A stretch of 64,000 nucleotides of DNA from an uncultured Chloroflexia bacterium (GCA_963810095.1 CAWEMM010000009.1:384001-448000); one strand, 5' to 3'. Positions 10,398 to 20,989 are shown, counted from the first letter of the stretch. Numbers and translations are program-made. The notes: generated by a model not told the origin, from the sequence alone.

Positions 10398-12966
10398 ATG
10401 GGGCTTGCGAGATGACGGAAGGAGCAACCGGGCACGAAGCGGCGGAGCGCCCAACCGGGGCGCCGCTTATGATCACACGAGCATCGAGCGTAAGTGGCAG
10501 GAGCGTTGGGCGGCCGCCGATCTCTATCGCACGCCCGAGCCCGGGCCGGACCGGCCCAAGTTTTACTGCCTGGAGTTCTTTCCCTACCCGTCAGGAAGCG
10601 GGCTGAGCGTCGGGCACGGCCGTAACTACGTGCCGAGTGATGTGATCGCCCGCTATTACCGGATGCGGGGCCGCGCCGTCCTGCACCCCATGGGCTGGGA
10701 CGCGTTCGGGCTGCCCGCCGAGAACGAGGCGATCCTGCGCGGCATTCACCCTGCGGAAACCACCGTGCGCTACTCGGCCAACTACAAGCGCCAGCTGACC
10801 CTGATGGGCTGCTCCTATGATTGGGGACGCGAAATCAACTCGAGCAGGCCCGAGTTCTACCGCTGGACCCAGTGGTTTTTCCTGCTGCTGTACCGGCGCG
10901 GCCTGGCTTACCGGGCAACCGGCCGGCAGTGGTGGTGTCCCGGCTGCAAGACCGTGCTGGCGAACGAACAGGTCGACGCGGACGGCGTTTGCTGGCGCGG
11001 CCACACGGGTGTGTACAAGCGTGACATGGAGCAGTGGTACTTCCGCATCACGGCTTATGCGGACCAACTGCTGGACGACCTGGCAACTCTGGACTGGCCT
11101 GAGCACATTGTGGCCATGCAGCGGAACTGGATCGGCCGCAGCGAGGGCGTCCAGTTCGCGTTGGCGGTGGAGGGTGACGGCGGGGCAAGCGTCGAGGTCT
11201 TTACGACCCGGCCCGACACGCTGCCCGGGGTGACCTTCGTCGCGCTGGCGCCCGAGCATCCGCTGGTCGACGTGATGACGACTGCCGGGCAGCGCGCGGC
11301 AGTGGACGAATATCGCGGCCGGGCGATCCGCCGCAGCGAGGTCGACCGGATGCAGGGGAGCCGCGAGCGCACGGGTGTGTTCACCGGCTCGCACGCGGTC
11401 AATCCCGTGACTGGCGAGCGCGTGCCCGTGTATGTGGCCGACTACGTGTTGATGTCGTACGGGGCCGGCGCGATCATGGGCGTGCCCGCGCACGACGAGC
11501 GCGATTATGACTTCGCGGTCCGCCACGGCCTGCCGGTCAAGGTCGTCGTCGCGCCGTCAGGGGCGGGCGGCAACACCTCCGGAGTCTCGGGCGGCGCGTA
11601 CACCGGGACGGGCGTCATGGTCAACGCCGGCGGGTGGGACGGGCTGGCGTCTGAGGAGGCAGGTCGCCGCATCGCCGCATTCCTGGAGGAACGCGGTGTG
11701 GGCCGGCGCACCGTGCAGTACAAGATGCGCGACTGGCTGATCTCCCGCCAGCGCTACTGGGGTGCGCCCATCCCCATCGTCTACTGCCAACGCTGCGGGA
11801 CAGTGCCCGTTCCCGAGTCAGACCTGCCCGTACTGCTGCCCCCGCTGGAGTCATGGCTGCCGGGCGACGACGGGCGCTCGCCGCTGGCCGCGCTGCCATC
11901 GTTCGTCGAAACGACGTGCCCGGTGTGCGGCGGGCCGGCACGGCGCGAGACCGACACGATGGACGGCTTTGCCTGCTCGAGCTGGTACTTCCTGCGCTTT
12001 GTCAGCCCGCATTATGGGGACGGCCCGTTCGATCCGGCCGCCCTGGCCCAGTGGGGCAGCCCCGACCTGTACACCGGCGGCGCGGAGCACGCGGTGATGC
12101 ACCTGCTCTACGCCCGGTTCTGGACGAAGGTGATGGCCGACGCGGGCATCGTACCGTTCCGCGAGCCGTTCCCTGTACTGCGAAGCCAGGGCACGATGCG
12201 GGTGCGCGACGGCGGCTCGGGCGAGCTGCGCAAGATGTCGAAGTCGGCCGGCAACGTTGTGACGCCGGACAGCGTGGCCGAATCGCACGGCGGCGACGCG
12301 CTGCGCATCTATCTGCTCTTCATGGCGCCGTTTGAGAACAGCACGGTGTGGGAAGAAGAGGGAATCAACGGCGCGCGGCGCTTCCTCGAGCGGGCGTGGC
12401 GGTTAGTCGACGACGTGGCGGCCGCGGCGCCGTCCGAGATCGGCTCGGGCGAGGGGGACCGCGCTGCCGACGAGCGGCTGGCGCGTGCCATGCACCGGGC
12501 GATCGGACAGGTGACGGGCGAGATCGAACGCCTGGAGTTCAACACCGCGGTTGCGGCGTTGATGAAGTGCCTGAACGCGATGAGTGACTACCGGGTCGAG
12601 CACGGCGTCACGCGGGCTCTGACGGGCGCGGTCCGCACCTTCGTGCTGCTGTTGGCGCCGTTTGCGCCTCACATCGCCGAGGAACTCTGGGAGCGGCTGG
12701 GAAACCCCGCCGGCGACGTGTCTAGTGTGCATATCCAGCCGTGGCCCGTGTGGGACGAGGCCCTGGCCGCGGAGGAGACCGTGACGCTGGTGGCGCAGGT
12801 TGACGGCCGGGTACGCGATCGCCTGGCATTGCCCGCGGGGGCAGAGGAGGACGCAGCGGTGAGGCTGGCGCTGGCCAGCACGGCCGTGCAAAGGGCGCTG
12901 GCTGGCCGGCCGCCGGCCCGCGTCGTTTACGTGCCCGGCCGGTTAGTCAACCTGGTGACGGGGTGA
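10398..12966 (+). CDS. leuS: Leucine--tRNA ligase (start uncertain)
   Basis: 'FPYPSGSGLSVGH' HIGH-like motif, 'GWDAFGLPAEN', editing domain 'FTTRPDTL', 'DWLISRQRYWG', 'KMSKS'. The RBS-preceded ATG at 10398 is out of frame, probably an indel. Confidence 0.97.
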
Positions 12967-15052
12967 GTCGCCGGCCAGAAGGATAAGAATGGGACGCTGA
13001 TGCGACTGATTGAACTGATCTGCACGGTCTCCGGCTAGAGATCAGGCGGATCAGTCGCATCAGTTCGATCAGCGTCCCATTATCAGAAGCCGCTGTTCGA
13101 CTCACCGGCGCCCTGCCGCCCACTGTTCGATCGTTTCGGCCGCTGATACAACTGATTGGACTGATTTGCACTGTCTCCGGAAAGAGATCAGGCGGATCAG
13201 TCGCATCAGTTCGATCAGTGTCCCATTGCAGAAGCCGGTTGGCCTCCTCCAGCAGCAGCTTGCGCTGCGCTGGCGTCGGCTGGCCGGCCGCGAAGGGCAG
13301 TTGCACGATCTCGTCGAAGATCGCGGCCAGCGCGCCCACTCGCTCGCGGCGTGTCGGCAGCTTCGCCCCCGCATCGAGCATCCGCTCGTAATGGATCACC
13401 TGTGGCGTCAGCCGCTCGGCCAGCAGCGCCTCGAACGCCTCGATGCACCCCTCGAACGGCGCGACCTGCGCCAGCCATTCCTCGCCGAGCCGGTTCCGCT
13501 GCTCCGGCGTCACCCGCCGGATGGGTTCCAGGTCGGCCGGGTCGTCGACGACGAAGTAACCGAGCGCTTCGAGCACGGCCAGGTTATTCTTAACCATCGT
13601 GCGTCGCTCGGCCTGGCCGCCGTCCGGCCCAGGGGCGTCCAGAAGCGCGGTCGCCTTCAGCTTGCCGTCGAGGCGCAGCCGCGGCACGAAAAGCGCCCGC
13701 GTCCGGCCGCCTTCCTCGGTCACGAAGATGTTCTGCGTGTGGTTCTTGATGCGGATGCCGTTGCCAAAGCGCAGGTCGTACTCGTCGTGCTCGTGGTGCG
13801 ACCGGTCCGCGTTCAACTCTTCCCAGTGCCCCGCGACCTTATCCGCGACAAAGAGCAGGTCGGCGCGGTCGCGTGCCACCCCGTCAGACGCCGCAATCTC
13901 ATAGACCGGCATTGGCCAGTCAAGCCGGGTGACCGTAACATCATCAAGGCGCGCGACCGCCCTCTGGGGCTGCGCCCTGAGCACGGGGATGTCGGGGAGC
14001 TTGAAGAACTGGTAGTGCTGGTGATAGATCGTGTTGCCCGCCCAGTGGTTGCAGACGCCGCTGACGGGCGTGGCTTCGGGGTCCGCGCCGTACCGCTCGC
14101 AGAACGCGCGTATGTCACGGTTGATGACCGATACGAGCGTAATCAGGTCGCTGAACGAGTACGACTGAGGGTCCATGTTCATGACCAGGTCGTTGATATG
14201 CGGGAAGTCCCAGGCCAGGAAATGGCACGCGGTGCGGGGGTCGCCCAGCGGCGCATAGGTGAATCCGAAGCGGTAGTTCCGCACGGTCGCGCGCACCTGC
14301 CCTTGCGGCTCACTGCCGGCGTGGACCGGCGTCGAGTGGATGGTGGCCTCCCGCGGGTTGAGCACCGCGACGGAGCAGTAATTGCACGACGACTTGTACT
14401 GGATCGTTCCCCAGATCAGCTTTCGCAGGGGCTCGTAGCGCTGTGGCAGGATCAGGGCGTCTTCGCGCAGGAGCGGCCCGTCCATCTTGACGTAGACCGG
14501 GCGCCGCGATCGCTCGATCATGCGCTTCGCCGTCGTATCCTTGAACTGGATCTGCCGGTTGTTAACGTCGGCACGGATGAGGATGCCCTGCAACTCCAGG
14601 TGGTGCAGGATGGCCGACACGTCGGCCACGGTGAAGGGGCCTCCGCCTTCAGCGTTCAGCGCGTCCAGGTCGAAACTGAACGTACCGATCAAGCCGTCCT
14701 CGTGGTAGATGAACTCGACGGGATCGGCCTTCGGGTTCATGATGTGCAGCCGGCGCAGCTCGGCCTTGTTCCCACGGATGCGCCGGATCGGGATGTGGAC
14801 GAACGCGAAGCGGTCGCCCCCGGCGGGGACCTCTGGGTCGGGGATCACTTCGATTTGCTTCTCCCCTTCCACAACCGGGATGTGTCCGATCCTCAGCCCG
14901 TGGAGGTGGGCGACCGCGACGGCGATGCCCAGACCATGCTCGGCCAGCACGTCGCGCAGCAGCTCGCCAACAACTGCCATGTTCGTTTCAGAAATCAGCC
15001 GGCAGCCGGGCGCATCGAAAAGCTGCTCCAGCACTTCCTGCAGGGTAGGCAT
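12947..15052 (-). CDS. Hypothetical protein with HIT/GalT-like HxHxQ motif (DUF4922/nucleotide phosphorylase-like); 3' end reads through repeats
   Basis: 'SSCNYC' and 'NHWAGNTIYHQHYQFF'. Good codon usage down to about 13230. Confidence 0.7.
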   Translation of the reverse strand: MPTLQEVLEQLFDAPGCRLISETNMAVVGELLRDVLAEHGLGIAVAVAHLHGLRIGHIPVVEGEKQIEVIPDPEVPAGGDRFAFVHIPIRRIRGNKAELRRLHIMNPKADPVEFIYHEDGLIGTFSFDLDALNAEGGGPFTVADVSAILHHLELQGILIRADVNNRQIQFKDTTAKRMIERSRRPVYVKMDGPLLREDALILPQRYEPLRKLIWGTIQYKSSCNYCSVAVLNPREATIHSTPVHAGSEPQGQVRATVRNYRFGFTYAPLGDPRTACHFLAWDFPHINDLVMNMDPQSYSFSDLITLVSVINRDIRAFCERYGADPEATPVSGVCNHWAGNTIYHQHYQFFKLPDIPVLRAQPQRAVARLDDVTVTRLDWPMPVYEIAASDGVARDRADLLFVADKVAGHWEELNADRSHHEHDEYDLRFGNGIRIKNHTQNIFVTEEGGRTRALFVPRLRLDGKLKATALLDAPGPDGGQAERRTMVKNNLAVLEALGYFVVDDPADLEPIRRVTPEQRNRLGEEWLAQVAPFEGCIEAFEALLAERLTPQVIHYERMLDAGAKLPTRRERVGALAAIFDEIVQLPFAAGQPTPAQRKLLLEEANRLLQWDTDRTDATDPPDLFPETVQISPISCISGRNDRTVGGRAPVSRTAASDNGTLIELMRLIRLISSRRPCRSVQSVASASHSYPSGRRLTPSPG
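12988..13227. repeat. Two tandem family A periodic palindromes (12988-13081, 13139-13227)
   Basis: Near-identical 'GAGATCAGGCGGATCAGTCGCATCAGTTCGATCAG(C/T)GTCCCATT' right arms. The first copy has termini AATGGGACGC/GCGTCCCATT. Confidence 0.85.
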
Positions 15053-15171
15053 GGTCGTCAATCCTTTCCGCCCCAAGCTTAGCACTGGGCAGACGCGGCG
15101 GGCAAGCGGTGCGCGCCGCTTGCGTTCCTGCTTCCGGGGTAGTAGAGTGGTGGCATCCCGGAGGTGACGAA

Positions 15172-16011
15172 ATGGAGCTACAGGATTTGCAGTCGATGCG
15201 TGAGAGCTTCGCGCAGACTGGGCGGATGCCCGTGCTCTTCGTGGGGCACGGCAGCCCCATGAATGCCATCGAAGATAACGAGTTTTCGCGGGCGTGGGCC
15301 GCCCTGGGCCCGGCGCTGCCCCGGCCGCGGGCCATCCTGTGCATTTCGGCGCACTGGGAGAGCCGGGGAACCCTGCTCACCGCGATGGAGCAACCGCGCA
15401 CCATCCACGACTTCGGCGGCTTCCCGCCCGAGCTGAATGCGGCGCAGTACCCCGCGCCGGGCAGCCCTTCTCTGGCAGAGGAGGCGCGCGAGCTGCTGGG
15501 GCTGGCCGGCGACGCGCTCGACCTGCGCTGGGGGCTGGATCACGGCTGCTGGAGCGTGCTGAAGCCGATGTTCCCCCTGGCCGACATCCAGGTCGTCCAG
15601 CTCAGCATGGACTACTTCAAGCCCGAGCAGGCGCATTATGAGCTGGCGCGCGGCCTCGCACCACTCCGTCGCAAGGGCGTGCTGATTCTGGGCAGCGGCA
15701 ACATGGTGCACAACCTGCGCCTGGTCCGGCTGCCCGGCGGCTGGCCCGACAGCATCAACACACCCTTTGCCTTCGATTGGGCCATCGAGGCGAATGACCT
15801 GTTCAAGAAGCTGGTCGACGATCGGAACCACGGGCCGTTGATCGATTACCCAGGGCTGGGCCGGGCCGTGCAACTGGCGGTGCCCACCCGCGAGCACTAC
15901 CTGCCCATGCTGTACGCGCTCGCGCTGCAGGAACCGGACGAGCAGGTGCGCTACTTCAACGACGTCGCGGTAGCGGGGTCATTGACCATGACCTCATTCG
16001 TGATCGCTTAA
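15172..16011 (+). CDS. ygiD: 4,5-DOPA extradiol dioxygenase family (YgiD/LigB)
   Basis: 'MPVLFVGHGSPMNA', 'ISAHW', 'GLDHG', 'GSGNMVHNL', 'PTREHYLP'. Confidence 0.9.
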   Translation: MELQDLQSMRESFAQTGRMPVLFVGHGSPMNAIEDNEFSRAWAALGPALPRPRAILCISAHWESRGTLLTAMEQPRTIHDFGGFPPELNAAQYPAPGSPSLAEEARELLGLAGDALDLRWGLDHGCWSVLKPMFPLADIQVVQLSMDYFKPEQAHYELARGLAPLRRKGVLILGSGNMVHNLRLVRLPGGWPDSINTPFAFDWAIEANDLFKKLVDDRNHGPLIDYPGLGRAVQLAVPTREHYLPMLYALALQEPDEQVRYFNDVAVAGSLTMTSFVIA

Positions 16012-16015
16012 CAGC

Positions 16016-17239
16016 GTGACCGGTCCGTCTCCCGCGCCACCCAAAGGGAGCCGCACGCTTGGCGTCCTGCGCCAGGTGGTCTTCCTCGTCTCCATGCCGT
16101 TCTTCATCCTCGGGCTGATGCTGCCGGTCTACGGGAAGGAGATCGGCGCGAGCGTGCTGCAGATCGGGCTCTTCTTCTCGGCGTTCTCGCTGGCGACGGT
16201 GTTCCTCCGGCCCGTCGTCGGTTGGGGACTCGACCGGTTCGGGCGGCGCGGTTTCTTTCTGGTCGGCGTCGCGGGCTATGCCATCACGATGTTCGGGTTC
16301 GCGTTCATCGACCAGATCTGGGCGGTGGTCGCAGCCCGGGTGGTGCAGGGAATTGCGTCGTCGTTTTTGTGGTTGGCCTCCAGCGCAATGGTTGCAGACA
16401 GCGCCGGAGAGCAGGAGCGCGGCGTCTCGTTCGGGGGCATTACGGAGGCCAGCAGCCGGGGCTCCATCGTCGGGACCTTCATCGGCTTCACCCTGCTGAG
16501 CACGCCGTTTGGCAAAGATGGATTCGGCTTGCCGTTCAGCAGCTGGACCGCCCTCTTCGTCCTCTTCGGGCTGGTCAACCTGGCCGCCCTGGCCGTCGCG
16601 CTGCGCAAGCTGCCCGAAACCCGGCCCGCTCGTCACCTGGAGGAGGATTCGCGCATCCGGTGGTCGCAGACCTGGGTGCTTCTGCTCCTCGTGACGCTGG
16701 TCACCGGCGCGTCGGCCGCAATGATCTCTCCGATCGTGATCATCTTCCTCCAGGAGAAGCTCGGGGTGGGGCCTTCGACGCTGGGCTGGGCTTTCCTGCC
16801 GACGGGCCTCGTCTGGGCGCTGCTCCCCTCCAGGCTGGGTAAGTTGGCAGATCGCTTCGGGCGCAAGCCGCTGATGCTGCTCGCCTTGGTGGCGGCCGCG
16901 GCAACTTCATTCATTGTGCCTTCGATCGCGACCGTCGTGGGGCTTGCGCTGCTCTGGGCGTTCCAGGCCGCGTGCTACGCCGCGGGCGACCCTGCCGAGC
17001 AGGCGCTGGTGGCAGACCTGACTGGGCGACAGCAGCGAGGCCGGGCTTACGGGCTGTATGTAATGTGCGCGGACCTGGGCGCGACGATTGGGCCGCTGGG
17101 GGGCGCGTGGCTGTACCAGACCTATGGCCCGCAGGCGCCCTTCTATGCCAACGGCGTCATCCTGGCGCTGTGTGCCCTGGTGCTGCTGATCTTCCTGAAA
17201 ATTCCGCCGGTCGCTCGACCCGCACCTGCCCCAGCCTGA
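16016..17239 (+). CDS. MFS transporter
   Basis: About 12 TM helices, motif A 'GWGLDRFGRR' and 'GKLADRFGRK'. Confidence 0.9.
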   Translation: MTGPSPAPPKGSRTLGVLRQVVFLVSMPFFILGLMLPVYGKEIGASVLQIGLFFSAFSLATVFLRPVVGWGLDRFGRRGFFLVGVAGYAITMFGFAFIDQIWAVVAARVVQGIASSFLWLASSAMVADSAGEQERGVSFGGITEASSRGSIVGTFIGFTLLSTPFGKDGFGLPFSSWTALFVLFGLVNLAALAVALRKLPETRPARHLEEDSRIRWSQTWVLLLLVTLVTGASAAMISPIVIIFLQEKLGVGPSTLGWAFLPTGLVWALLPSRLGKLADRFGRKPLMLLALVAAAATSFIVPSIATVVGLALLWAFQAACYAAGDPAEQALVADLTGRQQRGRAYGLYVMCADLGATIGPLGGAWLYQTYGPQAPFYANGVILALCALVLLIFLKIPPVARPAPAPA

Positions 17240-17266
17240 AGCGCCCGGGTCCACCGGCTCAGCCCC

Positions 17267-17761
17267 TCATCTCCTGGCGCGTAAGAACGTGATCACATCC
17301 AGGTCGCCCGGCGACAATCCATACGTGGTGAGCAGGACCGCCGCCTCAGAGCGGTGCTGCGTGCCATGGTTCAGCACGTGGAGCAGGAGATGCCAGAGCA
17401 CGTCCGACTGCGGCACGCCCTTGGTCGTCTTGTAGTCGACCGGCGCGTTCAATTTGGTGTCCGTTAAGCCCGCCACGGTCTCCTGTAGCGCCGCCGCCTC
17501 GACTGCCCAGCGCTTCTGCAGGCCCTCAAAGGCCGGTAGGTCGGCTTCCTTCAAGACGGTAGTCGGGGATTCGCCCTCGAACCTCGTCCGCCAGACGATT
17601 TCGGCGGACAGCGCATGCACGAGCGTGCCGCGCAGGCTTCCGTGGGGCACCGGTGCGAGCGCAACGTACTGGTCTTCGGTCACGCGGGCGGCTTGGGTCA
17701 GCACCCGATCCCAAGCCCAGGCGTGGTAACGGAACAGCGTGACGATATCGTCCCGGTTCAT
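17267..17761 (-). CDS. DinB family protein
   Basis: 'SLRGTLVH', 'HVLNHGTQHRSE'. Confidence 0.9.
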   Translation of the reverse strand: MNRDDIVTLFRYHAWAWDRVLTQAARVTEDQYVALAPVPHGSLRGTLVHALSAEIVWRTRFEGESPTTVLKEADLPAFEGLQKRWAVEAAALQETVAGLTDTKLNAPVDYKTTKGVPQSDVLWHLLLHVLNHGTQHRSEAAVLLTTYGLSPGDLDVITFLRARR

Positions 17762-17899
17762 ACAGCATCTCCTTCACGACGTCGATCGCGCAGGCTGGCC
17801 CGCGCCGGTTCGCGTCGCCTCAAGCAGAAATGAACAGCCCCACCGTTACTGGTGGGGCCTCATCCTCTCGCTCACGGGCCGCCGCCCCGCCGTGTGGCG

Positions 17900-18328
17900 C
17901 TACTGGCGCGTCTCGCCCGTGTCCAGGCTCATCTGCCAGGGGAGGCCGAACTTGTCGGTCACCATGCCGTACAACGGCGTCCAGAACGTCTGCTGCAGGT
18001 CCATGTTCACCCGGCCGCCTTCTTTCAGGCCGTTGAATGCCCGAACGAGTTCGTCGCGGTCCTTGCTGACCAGCGTCAGGCTGATGTTGTTGCCCACCGT
18101 CAGCGGCATGCCGGGGAAGGTGTCTGAGAACATCAGCGTCGACCCGCCGACCTCGATCTCCGAGTGCATGATCAGGTTCTTCGCCGCCTCGGGCATGGGA
18201 TGTGCCGGGTCGCTCGGGCCCTGCCCGAAGGTCATCGTGCCCCGGGGCTCGGTATTGAAGACCTTGGCATAGAATTCGATCGCTTCGCGGCAGTTGCCCG
18301 GGAAGTTGATATACGGATTGATCGCCAT
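17900..18328 (-). CDS. VOC/PhnB (YjdN) family protein
   Basis: 'PYINFPGNCREAIEFY', 'IMHSEI', 'TDKFGLPWQ'. Confidence 0.9.
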   Translation of the reverse strand: MAINPYINFPGNCREAIEFYAKVFNTEPRGTMTFGQGPSDPAHPMPEAAKNLIMHSEIEVGGSTLMFSDTFPGMPLTVGNNISLTLVSKDRDELVRAFNGLKEGGRVNMDLQQTFWTPLYGMVTDKFGLPWQMSLDTGETRQ

Positions 18329-18469
18329 TCGTGTGCTCCTTGCTCGTGGGCTCGGCCGCGCCCGTCTGGTCGGGGGCCGGCCGACCAGACGACTATACGC
18401 CGCGCGACGCGGCGCTGTTTGTAAGTGATCGTCCCTTACTGCGGCGCTGCGACAAAGGCGATGCCGCGC

Positions 18470-19234
18470 CTAGCCCGGCGCGGCGGCGGCCATCGCTTGC
18501 GCCGCGCTGCGTCGCCGGCACTCGGGACAGAGGCCCCAGCGGTCATCGCCCGTGCCGGTCAAACCCGCCAGGAACGCCATGGGCTCCGGCGCGTAGGGGC
18601 GTCCGCAGCCCGGACACGGCTTGAGCGGTACGACGGTGTCCCAGAGCCGCAGCCGGCGTTCTCCTGCCCCATCCTCGACTCGAACTGCGCCGGTCGGGCA
18701 GACCGCCGCGCACGCGCCGCACCCGATGCAGGCGTCTGACTGGACGTGGAACGGCGCTGCAACCTCCCGGCCCGGGCCTCGGCCCATGAACCCGATTGCG
18801 GCCGCGCCCACCAGGTCACGGCATACCCGCACACAGAGCCCGCACAGCACGCACAACTCGTCCGGCTTGCCGCTGCTTGCAAAGCGGGTCGAGTTGAGCC
18901 CTGCCTCCGCGGCCAGGTCTTGGATGAGGCTCGACGTGGGGCAGCGGGCGAGCAGGAACTCCAGCATCATCGTGCGGGCCGCCACCGCGGCCGGTGCGCG
19001 GGTGTCCACCACCAGGCCCTCGGCTGCAGGATGGGTGCAGGCGGCCGCGACCTGCCCCGGCCCCTCCTCCGCGGCACGCGTTTCGACCAGGCATAGGCGG
19101 CACGCGCCGTAGGCCGGCAGGCCCTCCCAGTGACACAAGGTCGGCAGGTGGACGCCTGCGAGACGGACAGCATGCAGGACGGTCGCGCCGGGCGGGACGG
19201 TGACGGGTTGGCCGTTTACGATCAGCGTTGGCAT
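18470..19234 (-). CDS. Fe-S subunit, NuoG-N/HoxU-like (2Fe-2S + 4Fe-4S)
   Basis: 'LPTLCH...GACRLCLVE...AAC', 'CVLCGLCVRVC', 'CIGCGACAAVCP'. Confidence 0.88.
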   Translation of the reverse strand: MPTLIVNGQPVTVPPGATVLHAVRLAGVHLPTLCHWEGLPAYGACRLCLVETRAAEEGPGQVAAACTHPAAEGLVVDTRAPAAVAARTMMLEFLLARCPTSSLIQDLAAEAGLNSTRFASSGKPDELCVLCGLCVRVCRDLVGAAAIGFMGRGPGREVAAPFHVQSDACIGCGACAAVCPTGAVRVEDGAGERRLRLWDTVVPLKPCPGCGRPYAPEPMAFLAGLTGTGDDRWGLCPECRRRSAAQAMAAAAPG

Positions 19235-19246
19235 CTCCGCACCTCC

Positions 19247-20989
19247 TCAACTCACGCCCGGCCCTGCCGGAGCGCACTTGCCCGCGGGGCACCGGTGCTC
19301 TATCACGTGCGCCTCGTACTCGTCGCGGAAATAGCGCAGGGTTGAGAGAACCGGGTTCGGGGCGGTCTGGCCCAGGCCGCAAAGCGAGCCGGCCTGCACC
19401 GCCGCGCTCACCTCCTCCAGCAAGTCCAGGTCCGCGGGTCTGCCCTGTCCTTGCGTGATCCGCGTGAGGATTTCGCGGAGGTGCCGCGTGCCCTCGCGGC
19501 AAGCCGTGCACTTGCCGCACGACTCGGCCTGCGTGAACTCCAGGAAGTAGCGTGCGACATCTACCATGCATGCCGTCTCGTCGAGCACGACCATGCCGCC
19601 CGAGCCCATGATCGAGCCCGCCGCCTTCATGCCCTCGTAGGTGACCGGCCGGTCGAAGAGGCTGGCTGGCAGGCAGCCTCCCGACGGGCCCCCGGTTTGA
19701 ACCGCCTTGATGCGGCGGCCGTCTCGCCCACCGCCACCGATGTCCTCGAGCAGCGTCCGCAAGGGCATGCCCAGCGGCACCTCCACCAGGCCGGTGTTGG
19801 CCACCTGGCCGACGAGCGAGAACACGACCGTCCCCGCATTTGCGGGCGCGCCGATCGAAGCGTACCACTCGGCGCCTCGGGCGAGGATGACCGGGACGGT
19901 CGCCCATGTCTTGACGTTGTTGATGACCGTCGGGCGGCCCCACAGCCCGCTCTCCGCGGGATACGGCGGCTTCGGCCGGGGCTCGCCCAGTCCGCCTTCG
20001 ATGGAGGCCAGCAGCGCGGTCTCCTCGCCGCACACGAACGCGCCCGCGCCGCGTACGAGCTTGAGGCTGAAGCTAAAGCCCGAGCCGAGGATGTTCTCGC
20101 CGAGCAATCCGTTGGCTTCGGCTTGCTCGATGGCCCTGGCAAAACGCTCGACGGCGAGTGGGTACTCGTCGCGAATGTAGGCGAAGCCGAGCGTCGCGCC
20201 GGCTCCGTACGCGCCGATAATCATCCCTTCGATCACGCTGTGCGGGTCCGACTCCAGCACCGTGCGGTCCATGTAGGCGCCGGGGTCGCCCTCGTCGCCG
20301 TTGCAGACCAGGTACTTCACGTCGCCGGCCGCAATCCGGGCGAGGCGCCACTTGCGCCCCGTGGGAAAGCCCCCGCCGCCTCGCCCCCGCAGCCCAGACG
20401 CGACGATCTCGTCGACGACCTGGTCGGGGGCGACGTGTGCCAGGGTGCGCTCGAGCGCGGCGTACCCGCCCCGCGCGACGTATTCGGCCAGGCTGCCCGG
20501 GTCGACGTACCCGCAGTTCCGGAGCACGATCTTCTGCTGGCACTCGAAGAAGGGGATGGCCGCCAGCGACGCCAGGGCCGCGCTGCCCTCGGGCCTGGGG
20601 AAACGGTGCGGGGGGCCAACCGGCGGCGTGCGTTCCTCGTCGATCACGGCCCAGGCGCGTTCGGTGGGGAGATCACCCCGTGCGAGCGAGTCGACCACCG
20701 CTCGGGCAGTTGCCCGGGTGACCGACTTGTACAGAACGCGGCCGCAGCCGGGCATCCGCACGTCGACCAGCGGCTCGCCCTGGCAGTAGCCGATGCAGCC
20801 GGTAGTCGACAGGACGGCGTCGAGCCCGCGCTGCGCGATCCGCTGTGCCAACGCCTCGTAAACCGCCCCGGCGCCCGCGGCCCGGCCGCAGGTCGCCATC
20901 CCAACCGTGATCTTGATGCGATCGGGGTACAGGGTCGCGTCGCCCGTTGCGGCCAGTTCCGACAGGGTCGGGTGGACTGCCGCGTTCAT
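19247..20989 (-). CDS. NADH/FMN-binding subunit, NuoF/HoxF-like
   Basis: 'GLRGRGGGGFPTG', 'CNGDEGDPGAYMDR', 'GAFVCGEETAL', 'ESCGKCTACREG'. N-terminal thioredoxin-like 2Fe-2S domain. Confidence 0.92.
   Translation of the reverse strand: MNAAVHPTLSELAATGDATLYPDRIKITVGMATCGRAAGAGAVYEALAQRIAQRGLDAVLSTTGCIGYCQGEPLVDVRMPGCGRVLYKSVTRATARAVVDSLARGDLPTERAWAVIDEERTPPVGPPHRFPRPEGSAALASLAAIPFFECQQKIVLRNCGYVDPGSLAEYVARGGYAALERTLAHVAPDQVVDEIVASGLRGRGGGGFPTGRKWRLARIAAGDVKYLVCNGDEGDPGAYMDRTVLESDPHSVIEGMIIGAYGAGATLGFAYIRDEYPLAVERFARAIEQAEANGLLGENILGSGFSFSLKLVRGAGAFVCGEETALLASIEGGLGEPRPKPPYPAESGLWGRPTVINNVKTWATVPVILARGAEWYASIGAPANAGTVVFSLVGQVANTGLVEVPLGMPLRTLLEDIGGGGRDGRRIKAVQTGGPSGGCLPASLFDRPVTYEGMKAAGSIMGSGGMVVLDETACMVDVARYFLEFTQAESCGKCTACREGTRHLREILTRITQGQGRPADLDLLEEVSAAVQAGSLCGLGQTAPNPVLSTLRYFRDEYEAHVIEHRCPAGKCAPAGPGVS

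Noticed and set aside
12988-13227. Tandem repeats as a CRISPR array
   Set aside because: Only two long palindromic units, no series of constant repeats with unique spacers, and no cas genes.
13166-15082. Long antisense ORFs (e.g. 13166-15082 +, 19451-21199 +, 38811-40691 -, 34520-36109 -)
   Set aside because: Shadow ORFs opposite real genes, as expected in high-GC DNA.
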